A stretch of 64,000 nucleotides of DNA from Mobula hypostoma (Eukaryota), in contig NC_086101.1 of the NCBI RefSeq assembly GCF_963921235.1, positions 2,854,001 through 2,918,000 on the forward strand. Direction: 5' to 3'. Positions 25,576 to 37,631 of this stretch are shown here, piece by piece. The notes below the pieces were generated by a model. That model was not told where the DNA came from, made no database searches, and saw nothing but the letters and a program-made list of their open reading frames with translations. Every line of letters starts with the position of its first letter. The first letter of the stretch is position 1. The translations under genes and the position numbers were made by a program.

Positions 25576-26367
25576 ATATGGCTATCAGTTGATATTGATA
25601 TGGAAGGCCATGGTTCGGGTGCACGCTTGATAAGACTAGGCAGCTTGGCACAGACTAGATGTTCCAGCGAGAAAAGCAAGACCAGATCCTGCCCAGAGAA
25701 CAGACTCAAGATGCTTTCTTGAATCAAATTAGGATGGATAAATCCTCAGGGCCTGACAAAGTGTTCCCTTAGATCTTGCAGGAAGCAAGTGTAGAAATTG
25801 CTGGACCCTAGCAGACATAAGAGTCCTGAGCAGTTTCAAGTTCCTGGGTGTCAAGATCTCTGAGGAACTAACCTGGTGCCAACATATCGATGCAGTTATA
25901 AAGGAGGCAAGACAGTAGCTATACGAGGGGTGATTGATAGGTTTGTGGCCTAGGATAGAAGGAGTCAATTTTAGAAAACCTAGCACATCTATTTTTCAAC
26001 ATAGTCCCCTCCTACATTTACACACTTAGTCCAGCGGTCGTAGAGCATACAAATCTTGGACCTCCAGAAAGTGTCCACAGCAGGGGTGATTGATAAGTTC
26101 ATGGCCTGGGGTAGAAGGAGATGAGTCTGACCAGGGTTCTATATAGCTGTCAGAAGTGTTTTTTACGCAGAGTGGTGGGTGTGTGGAATGGGCTGTCGGT
26201 GGTGGTGGAAACGATAGGGTCTTTTAAGAGACTCCGAGATAGGTACATGGAGCTTAGGAAAATAGAGGGTATGGGTAAGCCTGGGTAGTTCTAAGGTAGG
26301 GACATGTTTGGCACAACTTTGTGGGCCGAAGGGCCTGTATTGTGCTGTAGGTTTTCTATGTTCTATG

Positions 26368-28217
26368 TTAACATTACCTCTCAGCTCCCAAACTCAATCG
26401 CACGGTTGATGAAGGTCAATGCACCGTATGCTTTCTTAACCACAGAGTCAACCTGCGCAGCAGCTTTGTGTGTCCTATGGACTCGGACCCCAAGATCCCT
26501 CTGATCCTTCACAATGCCAAGAGTCTTATCATTAGTACTATATTCTGCCATCATATCTGACCTAACAAAATGAACCACCTCACACTTATCTGGGTTGAGC
26601 TCCATCTACCACTTCTCAGCCCAGTTTTACATCCTATCAATGTCCCACTGTAACCTCTGACAGCCCTCCACACTATCCACAACACCTCCAACCTTTGTGT
26701 CATCAGCAAATTTACTAACCCATCCCTCCACGTCCTCATCCAGGTGATTTATAAAAATCACGAAGAGTAAGAGTCCCAGAACAGATCCCTGAGTCACACC
26801 ACTAATCACCGACCTCCATGATTGAGCCATCTACAATCACTCTTTGCCTTCTGTAGGCAAGCCAGTTCTGGATCCACAAAGCAATTTTCCCTTGGATCCC
26901 ATGCCTCCTTACTTTTTCAATAAGCCTTGCATGGGGTACCTTGTCAAACGCCTTGTTGAAATCCATATACACTACATCTACTGCTCTACCTTCATCAATG
27001 TGTTTAGTCACATCCTCAAAAAATTCAATCAGGCTCGTAAGGCACGACCTAACTTTCACAAAGCCATGCTGACTATTGTTAATCATATTATCCCTCTCCA
27101 AATGTTCATAAATCCTGCCTCTCAGGACCTTCTCCATCAACTTACAAACCACTGAAGTAAGACTCACCAGTCTATAATTTCCTGGGTGATCTCTACTCCC
27201 TTTCTTGAATAAGGGAACAACATCTACAACCCTCCAATCCTCCGGAACCTCTCCTATCCCCATTGATGATGCAAAGATCATCGCAGAGTCTCAGCAATCT
27301 CCTCCCTCGCCTCCCACTGTATCCTGGGCTACATCTCATCCAGTCCCGGTGATCTATTCAACTTTATGCTTTCTAAAAGCTCCAGCACATCCTCTTTCTT
27401 AATACCTACATGCTCAAGCTTTTCAGTCCGCAGTAAGTCATCACTACAATCGCCAAGATCCTTTTCCGTACTGAATACTGAAGCAAAGTATTCATTAAGT
27501 ACCTCTGCTATCTCCTCCGGTTCAATACACACTTTTCCACGGTCACACTTGATTGGTCCTACTCTCTCGTCTTATCCTCTTGCTCTTAAATTACTTGTAG
27601 AATGCCTTGGGGTTTTCCTTAATCCTGTCCGCCATGGCCCCTTCTGGCTCTCCTACTTTCTTGAGCTCCTTCCTTCTAGCCTTATAATATTCTAGCTCTC
27701 TATCATTACTTCGCTTTTTGAACTTTCTTCAGCTCTTCTTTTTTTCTCAACTAGATTTACACCACGGTTCCTGTACCCTACCATCCTTTTCCTGTCTCAT
27801 TGGAACATACCTATGCAGACCTCCACACAAATATCCCCTGAACATTTGCCACATTTCTTCCATACATTTCCCTGAGAACATCTGTTTCCAATTTATGCTT
27901 CCAAGTTCCTCCCTGATAGCCTCATAATTCCCCTTACTCCAACTAAATGCTTTCCTAACTTGTCTGTTCCCATCCCTCTCCAATGCTATGGTAAAGGCCA
28001 CAGAGTTGTGATCACTATCTCCAAAATACTCTCCCAGATCAAGTACAGCCTCTCCTCTTGTAGGCTTATCTACATATTGTGTCAAGAAACCTTCCTGAAC
28101 ACACCTGACAAACTCCACCCCATCTAAACCCCTCACTCTAGGGACATGCCAATCGATATTTGGGAAATTAAAATCTCCCACCACGACAACCGTGTTATTA
28201 TTACACCTTTCCAGAAT
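26368..28217 (-). mobile_element. CR1 ORF2 fragment (EN and RT), degenerate
   Basis: ORFs at 27747, 27329, 26802, 26627 and 26381 carry GDFNFP, DFNKAFD and FADDTK. Confidence 0.88.
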
Positions 28218-28674
28218 TTCACGCACAACAGTCTCTAGAATTGACAGAGAATGATGCAAAAAAAAACATGAGCAGCAGGTCTGTGGTCAAAAATGCCTTG
28301 TTAATGAGGGGAGTCAGAGAAGATTGGCCAGATTGGTTCAGGCAGGCAGCAAAGTGACAGCAACAAATAAACAAATAAAGATTGCAAAAATGGTGTGCAG
28401 AAGAGAATCTCTGAACACACAATTTGAACCTTGAAGTGGATGGCCATAGCAACAAAAGAACACACTGGGTCCCACACCTGTACCTAATAAAGTGACCACT
28501 GATTGTATACCTCTTTATTATGATTTATAGTGATATTCTATGTATTGCAATATATTGCCACATCAAAACAAGAAACTTCACTAATACTGTCAGTGATTAT
28601 AAAAACGGAGTCCGATTTTGCAGTGAAAATCGCACCAGTACAGGAGGAGTTTGGTTCCGTAAGGTTTAAATTAC

Positions 28675-28830
28675 CAAGAACATGGTGAGAGTCTTCCCCA
28701 TGACGGCGTTGAAGAGGTCCTGAGCAGAGTTCCCAGTCACCATGAAGAAATCACAGAGGAAGAGGTACTCCCGGCAGCTGTTATCGAGGAGAGCATAATG
28801 CTGGCTGCGGAACAGACTCTCAAAGGGATA
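28675..28830 (-). CDS. VPS52: VPS52 internal exon, 156 nt: YPFESLFRSQHYALLDNSCREYLFLCDFFMVTGNSAQDLFNAVMGKTLTMFL
   Basis: Within ORF 28666..28857. Acceptor cccctcag, donor TTG|GTAATT. Strong VPS52 motif LFRSQHYALLDNSCREYLF. Confidence 0.97.
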
Positions 28831-29159
28831 CTGAGGGGTGGAACAGATTGGTGTCACATGGGAAGCATATCAAATGGTTAAAAGCAAATTATTTTACCAG
28901 TCACCACATTTTCTTAAAAGGCTTCCAGATTCAGATTTATTTATCAAGTATACATCGAAACAAACGGTGAAATGCAAGCAACAGATTTCAAATCTGACTA
29001 TGAATGAGAACAGTCAGCAGTCCTGATGGGGGTGTCAGTGAGTCTCAGGGTCAGAGGACTGTGGAGCTGTAGTCCTGGAGTTCAAAGCCCTATGATCAGG
29101 AAAACAATCATGAAGCAATCAGTTTCGATTGGACAAAAACCATCAGAATCCAGGGACCC

Positions 29160-31540
29160 AGTCGCTGGGTCAGTGTGTCAGGAAGTTAGAACCCAATGTC
29201 TACGCCTCTGAGAGTCCAGCCCAGGGAATGGAGTTTGGAGGGGTGATGTCTATGTGTCTGAGAGACCAAGCTAGGGAATGGAGGTTGGAGGGATGATGTC
29301 AATATCTCTGTGTCGAGGCCACGGAATGGAGGTTGAAGACCTGGTGTATACGTGTCTGAAACTCCAGGACAGAGAATGGAGGTTGAAGACCCTGATGCAT
29401 ACATGTCTGAAACTTCAGGCCAGGCACTAGAGGTTAGGGGCCTGATGTCAGATCTATCAGTAGAAAGAATCAGTCCCAACACAGACCTCTGTGGAACACC
29501 ACTATTCACCGGCAGCCAGCCAGAAAAGGCTTCCTTCAATCCTACTCTTTCCAGAAGACTGGAAAATTGCAAATGTCACTCCACTCTTCAAGAAGAGAAA
29601 GAGGCAGTAGAAAGGAAACGATTGGCCAGTTATCTGACCTCAGTGGTTGGGAAGATGTTGGAGTCAATTTTAAAGATGAGGTCTCAGGGTACTTGGAGGC
29701 ACCTGATAAAATAGGCCACAGCCAGCATGGTTTCCTCAGGGGAAAACCTTGCCTGACAAATCTGTTGGAATTCTATGAAGAAATAACAAGCAAAATAGAC
29801 AAAGGAGAATCGGTTGATGTTGTGTACTTGGATTTTCAGAAGGCCTCTGACAAGGTGCCACACGTGAGGCTGCCTAACAAGGTAAGAGCCCATTGTATTA
29901 CGGGAAAGATTCTAGCATGCATACAGCAGTGGCTGATTGGCAGGAGGCAAAGAGTAGTATTGAAGGAAACCTTTCCTTGGCTGGCTGACGGTGAATAGTG
30001 GTGTTCCACAGAGGCCTGTGTTGGGACCGATTCAATTTACATTACATTTCAGTGAGTTGAATGATGGAATTGATGGCTTTATTGAAAAGTTTGCAGATGA
30101 TATGAAGATAGGTGGAGGGGCAGCTGGCTTTGAGGAAGTAGAGAGGCTACAGAAGGACTTAGAGAAATTAGGAGAATAGGCAAAGAAATGGCAGATGGAA
30201 TATAGTGTTGGGGAGTGTATGGTCATGCACTTTGGCAGAAGAAATGAAAAGTTGGCTGTTTTCTAAAAGGAGAGAAAATACAAAAGACTGAAGTGCAAAG
30301 TGACTTGGGAGTCCTTGTGCAGGATTCCCTAAAGGATAATTTGCAGGTTGGGTCTGTGGTGAGGAAGGCAAATGCAATGTTGGCATTCATTTCAAGGGGA
30401 CTAAAATATAAAAACAAGGATGTCATGTTGAGACTTTATAAAGCACTGGTGAGGCCTCCCATGGAGTACTGTGAGCAGGTTTGGCCCCTCCATCTTATGC
30501 TGAAATAGGAAAGGGTTGAAAGGAGCTTTACAAAAATGATTCCAGGATTGAATGGTTTGTCATACGAATAGTGTTTGACTGCTCTGGGCCTGCATTCACC
30601 AGAATTCAGAAGAATGAGGGGTGACCTAATTGAAACCTATCGAATGGTGAAAGGCCTCGATAGAGTGGATGTGGAGAGGATGTTCCAATGGTGGGAGAGT
30701 CTAAAACCAGAGGACACAGCCTTAGGATAGAAGGGCGTCCTTTTAGCACGGAGATAAGGAGGAATTTCTTTAGCCAGAGAGTGGTGAATCTGTGGAATTC
30801 TTTGCTACAGGCAGGAGGCCAAGTCTTTATATATATTTTAGGTAGAGGTTGATAAGATTCTTTATTGGTCAGGGCACGAAGGCATATGGAGAAAGGGCAG
30901 GAGATTGGGGCTGAGAGGAAAATTGGATCCGCCACGATGAAATGGTGAGCTGATACAATGAGCCAAATGACCTCCTATATCATATAGCCTTATGTTCTAA
31001 GTCCAGGCCAGGAACTGGAGGTTGGTGATCCGACGTTACATGTCTGGGAGCCCAGGCCAGGAACTGGACGTTGGAGGCCTGATATCTACAGGGAATGGAG
31101 GTTGAAGCGGTGATGTCTACGTGTCTGAGAGTCCAGGCTGGGGAATGAAGATTGGAGACCCAATGTCTCCATGTCTGAGAGTCCATGCCAGAGAATAGAG
31201 GTTGGAAGGGTGCTGTCTGAGTTTCTGAGAGTTCAAACGAGGAAATGAAGGTTGGAGGTCCAATGTCTATATGCCTGAGAGTGCAGACCAGGTAATGGAG
31301 GTTGAAGTGGTGACATTTACATGTCTGGGAATCCAGTACAGGAAATGGAGGTTGGAGAGGTGATGTCTACGTGTCTGAGAGTCCAGGCCAGGAAGTGGAG
31401 GTTGGAGGGGTGATGTCGACATGTCTGAGAGTCCAGGCCAGGGAATGGAGGTTGGAGGGGTGATGTCGACATGTCTGAGAGTCCAGGCCAAGGAATGGAA
31501 GTAGAAACCTGATGTCTGCAGTCCAGGACCAAGGAATGGG
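29160..31540. repeat. Degenerate ~51-bp minisatellite (29160-29450 and 31000-31540) split by a + strand CR1 insertion (about 29455-30998)
   Basis: Unit atgtctgagagtccaggccagggaatggaggttggaggggtgatgtctac occurs on both sides; CR1 RT motifs in ORFs 29567, 29991 and 30293. Confidence 0.8.
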
Positions 31541-31850
31541 GTCAGGGGTCAGTGGCCAGAGGCGACCTTTCCTGAGGTTAGAGGCTCGTCTGTGTGTGCA
31601 AACGGCTGGGAAGAGCACTTGCCTTGCTGCTGTTACTTTGTTGTGTTATTCTGCCAAGCATGGTAGGATTGCTACATTGGCATTGGCACACGTGGCAACA
31701 TTTGCAGGCTGTCCCCAGCACACCATTAGAATTCTGCTGGTCCTTGATGCAAATGACACATTTCACTGTATGTTTCCCTGTGCATGTCATAAATACATCT
31801 GAATATCAGTCTGAGGGGGCTGCCTACTCTCTAGAGATGGCCAAGCTTAC

Positions 31851-31984
31851 CCGAGTATCATTCTTCTGTGCTGCATGGGGCACTATGATGGGCCCTTCCA
31901 GTTCCGACGGCACGATCACATTACCTCGGTTTCCCAAGGTAAAAATAGTGTTCCGGTTTTTCAGCGATGGTTTGGAGAAAAAGC
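31851..31984 (-). CDS. VPS52: VPS52 internal exon, 134 nt: (G)FFSKPSLKNRNTIFTLGNRGNVIVPSELEGPIIVPHAAQKNDTR
   Basis: Manual translation. Preceded by an AC acceptor; donor CGG|GTAAGC. G+GC restores the Gly of KKGFFSKPSL. Confidence 0.95.
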
Positions 31985-32006
31985 GTGAACAGTGGGTCAA
32001 GGTAAA
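31985..32006 (-). promoter_or_regulatory. U12-type branch point (TTTACCTTGAC) and AC 3' splice site
   Basis: CCTTRAC motif with branch A at 31997, about 13 nt from the exon. The intron ends in ..TTCAC. Confidence 0.9.
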
Positions 32007-34020
32007 ACAAACATTGAATCAACGGAGCTGCAGTCAAAGGCAGAGAGTGCTCGAGACAAAGATTGTTTTGTGTACTGTTCTTATCAAACGGGGCCAGAAC
32101 ATTGACCCTAATCAGGAGAAATTATGTATCAGTTTACAACGCTGGCCATAAACACGAGATTCTGCAGATGCTGGAAATGCAGAACAACACAGCTGCAGGA
32201 CTGATGAAGGGAGGTTCTGGGTCCAAAGTGTTGACTGTTTATACCTCTTCATAGATGCTGCCTGACGTGCTGAGTTCCCCAGCAGTGTGTTTACAATCCG
32301 GCCCATAACACAGACCCTCTCTCCATCAGTCCGAAGTTTCAACTGTTTATTCCTCTCCACAGATGCTGGCTGACGTGCTGTGTTCCCCCAGTATTGTGTT
32401 CAATTCCTGGCATCTGCCTTGCTGAAGACAACTCGGGACCAAAGAGTCAGAACAGCTTAAGGAGACCTGGGCTAGTTAACTCACAGCGGCTGCAGGGTCT
32501 GTTTCTGTGCTCTGTCACCCCAGTTTAGACCAACCCAACACTCTTCTACTGTGAACACCATTGAAGAGAAAGCCACCCACCGGTTTCTCCATGACTAAAA
32601 ACTGATGGATCAAGGTTCTTTGACTATTGAAATCTATCTCATTAAACCTATCGAATTTTGAAAGGCCTCAATAGAGTGACCGTGGAGAGGGTGTTTCCTA
32701 TAATGGGGGAGACTTGGACCAGATGCAACAGACTGAGAATAGGCAGAAGGCTGTAAGGGTGATTAAACCTCCACCCACTGGCCTATATCATTCCACACTT
32801 CCAACCACCACTAATTTATCATCTCCCGTCAGTCACTTTATGTACACATTCCTGTGGCAAGTGTCACTTTATGGACATTTGATCAATCTCTGCATATAAA
32901 ATCTACCTTATGTATTTAAACTTATTGTATTTTTTTAAATTTTTGGTGTGTTCTTTATCTTACTGTGTTTTTGTATGCTGCATCGGATGTGGAGTAACAA
33001 TGATTTCATTCTCCTTTACACTTCTCTACTGGAAATGACATTAAACCATCTTCAATCTTGAATTTTACACTAAATGGGCTTTGTATTATCTTGACGAAGG
33101 GTCTCGGCCTGAAACGTCGACTGCGCCTCTTCCTATAGATGCTGCTTGGCCTGCTGCGTTCACCAGCAACTTTGATGTATGTTGTTTGAATTATCTTGTT
33201 CTAATTGTGCTCTTCTTGGTAAAAATTATGCAGCAATTTATGTTTAATTCATGTTTTCTCGACATAGTTGCTTTTATAATGTTATTTGCTGTAGGTTTTC
33301 ATTGCACCCGAGAACTTTTATGTGTAAATGACAAGAAACACCACTTTGCCTTCACAGCACCATATAGCACTACAGCAGAGAAACAGGCCTTCTGGCACAT
33401 CTCGTCCATACCAATGTGTTTTTCTGTCTAATCCTGCTGACCTCTCTCGGTCCTGGAGCAGCGTTTGGACCCAAAGCTTCCACAATTCCTCCCCCTCCAA
33501 GATCATCCTAACCCTTCACTCCCTCCCTCCCACATAATGCTCCAGGTTTCTGTCATACAAGCCTTCTAAATGTCTATAATGTGTACCACCAGCCTTGACA
33601 GGGCATTCCACACACTCACCCGGTGTAAGAAAAAAAAACTATCTCTAACATTCCCTCTCTACGTTCCTCCAATCACCATACAATTATGCCCTCCCACAGT
33701 AGCCATTTCTGCCCTGAGAAAAACTCTCATGTTGTCCACTCTATAAATAAAGTTATTATTAATATTTTTGTTAAAGTCCTGGAGTTTATAACTGTGGAAC
33801 TTTGAACATAATATAGTACAAGCACCTCAGCCCACGCTGTTCAGCCAACTCTTCAATCTACTCCGAGATCAATCTAATTCTTCCCTCCCACATAACCCTC
33901 CATGTTTCTATTATCCATGTGCCTGTCTTAGAGTCTCTTACAGGTCCCTAATGCATCTGCCTCCATCACTCCTGGCAGCGGGCTCCACACACCCACCACA
34001 GTCTGTGTGTAAAATAAATT

Positions 34021-37000
34021 TACATAGAATAGCACAGCACAGTACAGGCCCTTTAGCCCACAATGTTGTGCTGACCCTCAAACTCTGCCTCCCATATAAG
34101 CCCCCACCTTAAATTCCTCCATATACCTGTCCAGTAGTCTCTTAAACTTCACTAGTGTATCTGCCTCCACCACTGACGCAGGCAGTGCATTCCACGCACC
34201 AACCACTCTCTGAGTAAAACCCTTCCTCTAATATCCCCCTTGAACTTCCCACCCCTTACCTTAAAGCCATGTCCATTGAACTTCCCACCCCTTACCTTAA
34301 AGCCATTTCCTCTTGTATTGAGCAGTGGTTCCCTGGCGAAAAGGCGCTGGCTATCCACTCTATCTATTCCTCTTATTATCTTGTACACCTCTATCATGTC
34401 TCCTCTCATCCTCCTTCTCTCCAAAGAGTAAAGCCCTGGCTCCCTTAATCTCTGATCATAATCCATACTTTCTAAACCAGGCAGCATCCTGGTAAATCTC
34501 CTCTGTACCCTCTCCAATGCTTCCACATCCTTCCTATAGTGAGGTGACCAGAACTGGACACAGTACTCCAAGTGTGGCCTAACCAGAGTTTTATAGAGCT
34601 GCATCATTACATCGCGACTCTTAAACTCTATCCCTCGACTTATGAAAGCAAACACCCAATAAGCTTTCTTAACTACCCTATCCACCTGTGAGGCAAATTT
34701 CAGGGATCTGTGGACATGTACACCCAGATCCCTCTGCTCCTCCACACTACCAAGTATCCTGCCATTTACTTTGTACTCTGCCTTGGAGTTTGTCCTTCCA
34801 AAGTGTACCACCTCACACTTCCCCGGGTTGAACTCCACCTGCCACTTCTCAGCCCACTTCTGCATCCTATCAATGTCCCTCTGCAATCTTTGACAATCCT
34901 CTACACTATCTACAACACCACCAACCTTTGTGTCGTCTGCAAACTTGCCAACCCACCCTTCTACCCCCACATCCAGGTCATTAATAAAAATCACGAAAAG
35001 TAGAGATCCCAGAACAGATCCTTGTGGGACACCACTAGTCACAATCCTCCAGTCTGAATGTACTCCCTCCACCACCACCCTCTGCCTTCTGCAGGCAAGC
35101 CGATTCTGAATCCACCTGGCCAAACTTCCCTGGATCCCATGCCTTCTAACTTTCTGAATAAGCCTACCGTGTGGATCTGCCCTTCACAAAGCCATGCTGA
35201 CTGTCCCTGATCAGACCATGATTCTCTAAATGCCTATAGATCCTATCTCTAAGAATCTTTTCCAACAGCTTTCCCACCACAGGCGTAAGGCTCACTGGTC
35301 TATAATTACCCGGACTATCCCTACTACCTTTTTTGAACAAGGGGACAACATTGGCCTCCCTCCAATCCTCCGGTACCATTCCCGTGGACAACGAGGACAT
35401 AAAGATCCTAGCCAGAGGCTCAGCAATCTCTTCTCTTGCCTCGTGGAGCAGCCTGGGGAATATTCCATCAGGCCCCGGGGATTTATCTGTCCTAATGTAT
35501 TTTAACAACTCTAACACCTCCTCTCCCCTAATATCAGCATGCTCCAGAACATCAACCTCACTCATATTGTCCTCACCATCATCAAGTTCCCTCTCATTGG
35601 TGAATACCGAAGAGAAGTATTCATTGAGGACCTCACTCCCTTCCACAGCCTCCAGGAACATCTTCCCACCTTTATCTCTAATCAGTCCTACCTTCACTCC
35701 TGTTATCCTTTTTTTCTTCACATAATTGAAGAATGCCTTGGGGTTTTCCTTTACCCTACTCGCCAAGGCCTTCTCATGCCCCCTTCTTGCTCTTCTCAGC
35801 CCCTTCTTAAGCTCCTTTCTTGCTTCCCTATATTCCTCAATAGACCCATCTGATCCTTGCTTCCTAAACCTCATGTATGCTGCCTTCTTCCACCTGACTA
35901 GATTTTCCACCTCACTTGTCACCCATGGTTCCTTCACTCTACCATTCTTTATCTTCCTCACTAGGACAAATTTATCCCTAACATCCTGCAAGAGATCTCT
36001 AAACATCGACCACATGCCCATAGTACATTTCCCTGCAAAAACATCATCCCAATTCACACCCGCAAGTTCTAGCCTTATCGCCTCATAATTTGCCTTTCCC
36101 TAATTAAAAAATTTCCAGTCCTCTCTGATTCTATTCTATTCTATTCTATTCTTGTCACCCACATACTGTGACAGGAATCTGTCCTGGACGCACTTAACAA
36201 ACTCTGCCCCATCTGAACCCTTGGAACTAATCAGGTGCCAATCAATATTAGGAAAGTTAAAGTCACACATGATAACAACCCTGTTATTTTTGCACCTTTC
36301 CAAAATCTGCCTCCCAATCTGCTCCTCTGTATCTCTGCTGCTACCAGGGGGCCTATAGAATACCCTCAGTAGAGTAACTGCTCCCTTCCTGTTCCTGACT
36401 TCCACCCATATTGACTCAAAAGAGGATCCTGCTACATTACCCATCCTTTCTGTAGCTGTAATAGTATCCCTGACCAGTAATGCCATCCCCCCTTCCCTTT
36501 TTCCACCCTCTGTATCCCTTTTAAAGCACTGAAATCCAGGAATATTGAGAATCCATTCCTGCCCTGGTGCCAGCCAAGTCTCTGTAATGGCCACTACATC
36601 ATAATTCCATGTATGTATCCAAGCTCTCAGTTCATCACCTTTGTTCCTGATGCTTCTTGCATTGAGGTACACACATTTCAGCCCTTCTACCTTACTGTCT
36701 TTACACCGTTTATTCTGCTTCTCTTTCCTCAAAGCCTCTCTGTATGTTAGATCTGGCTTTACTCCATGCACTTCTTTCACTGCTCTATCGCTCTGGGTCC
36801 CATCCCCCTCGCAAATTAGTTTAAACCCTCCTGAACCATGCTAGCAAACCTACCTGCAAGGATATTGCTCCCCCTCGAGTTCAGGTGCAACCCATCCAAT
36901 TTGTACAGGTGCCACCTTCCCCAGAAGAGATCCCAATGATCAAAAAATCTAAAACCCTGCTCCCTGCACCGACTCCTCAGCCACGCATTCAACTGCCATC

Positions 37001-37631
37001 TCCTCCAATTCTTACCATCACTGTCACGTAGCACTGGCAGCAATCCTGAGAACGCCACCCTTGAGGTCCTGTTCTTCAGCCTTCTGCCTAGTTCCCAAAA
37101 CTCACACTTCAGGACCTCATCCCTCTTCCTGCCTATGTCGTTGGTACCAACATGAATCACGACTTCTGGTTGCTTTCCCTCTCATACCAGGATGTCGTGC
37201 ACCCGGTCAGAGACATCCCGGACCCTGGCACCCGGGAGGCAACAAACCATGCGGGTGTCCTTCTCACGTCCACAAAATCTCCTGTCTGCTCCCCTGACTA
37301 TAGAGTCTCCAATGACAACAGCTCTCCTCTTCTCCGTCCCACCCTTCTGCACCAGAGGGTCAGACTCAGTGCCGGAGGCCCTGCCACCGTGGCTCACACC
37401 TGGTCGGTCGTCCCCGCCAACAGTATCCAGGAAGGTAAACTTATTATTCATGGGAATGGCTACAGGGGTGCTCTGCACTACCTGTCTGCTCACCTTCGCT
37501 TTCCCCCCTCTGACTGTCACCCAACGACCTGCTTCCGACAGCCTAGGTGTGACTACCTCCCTGTAGCTCTCATCTATGACTGCCTGATTCTCCCTTATGA
37601 GTCAAAGGTCATCCAGCTGCTGCTCCAAATG
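34021..37631 (-). mobile_element. CR1 copy B, near-identical to copy A, 5'-truncated with internal deletions
   Basis: ORFs at 36136, 35164, 34152 and 37182 give peptides almost identical to those of copy A. Confidence 0.93.
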
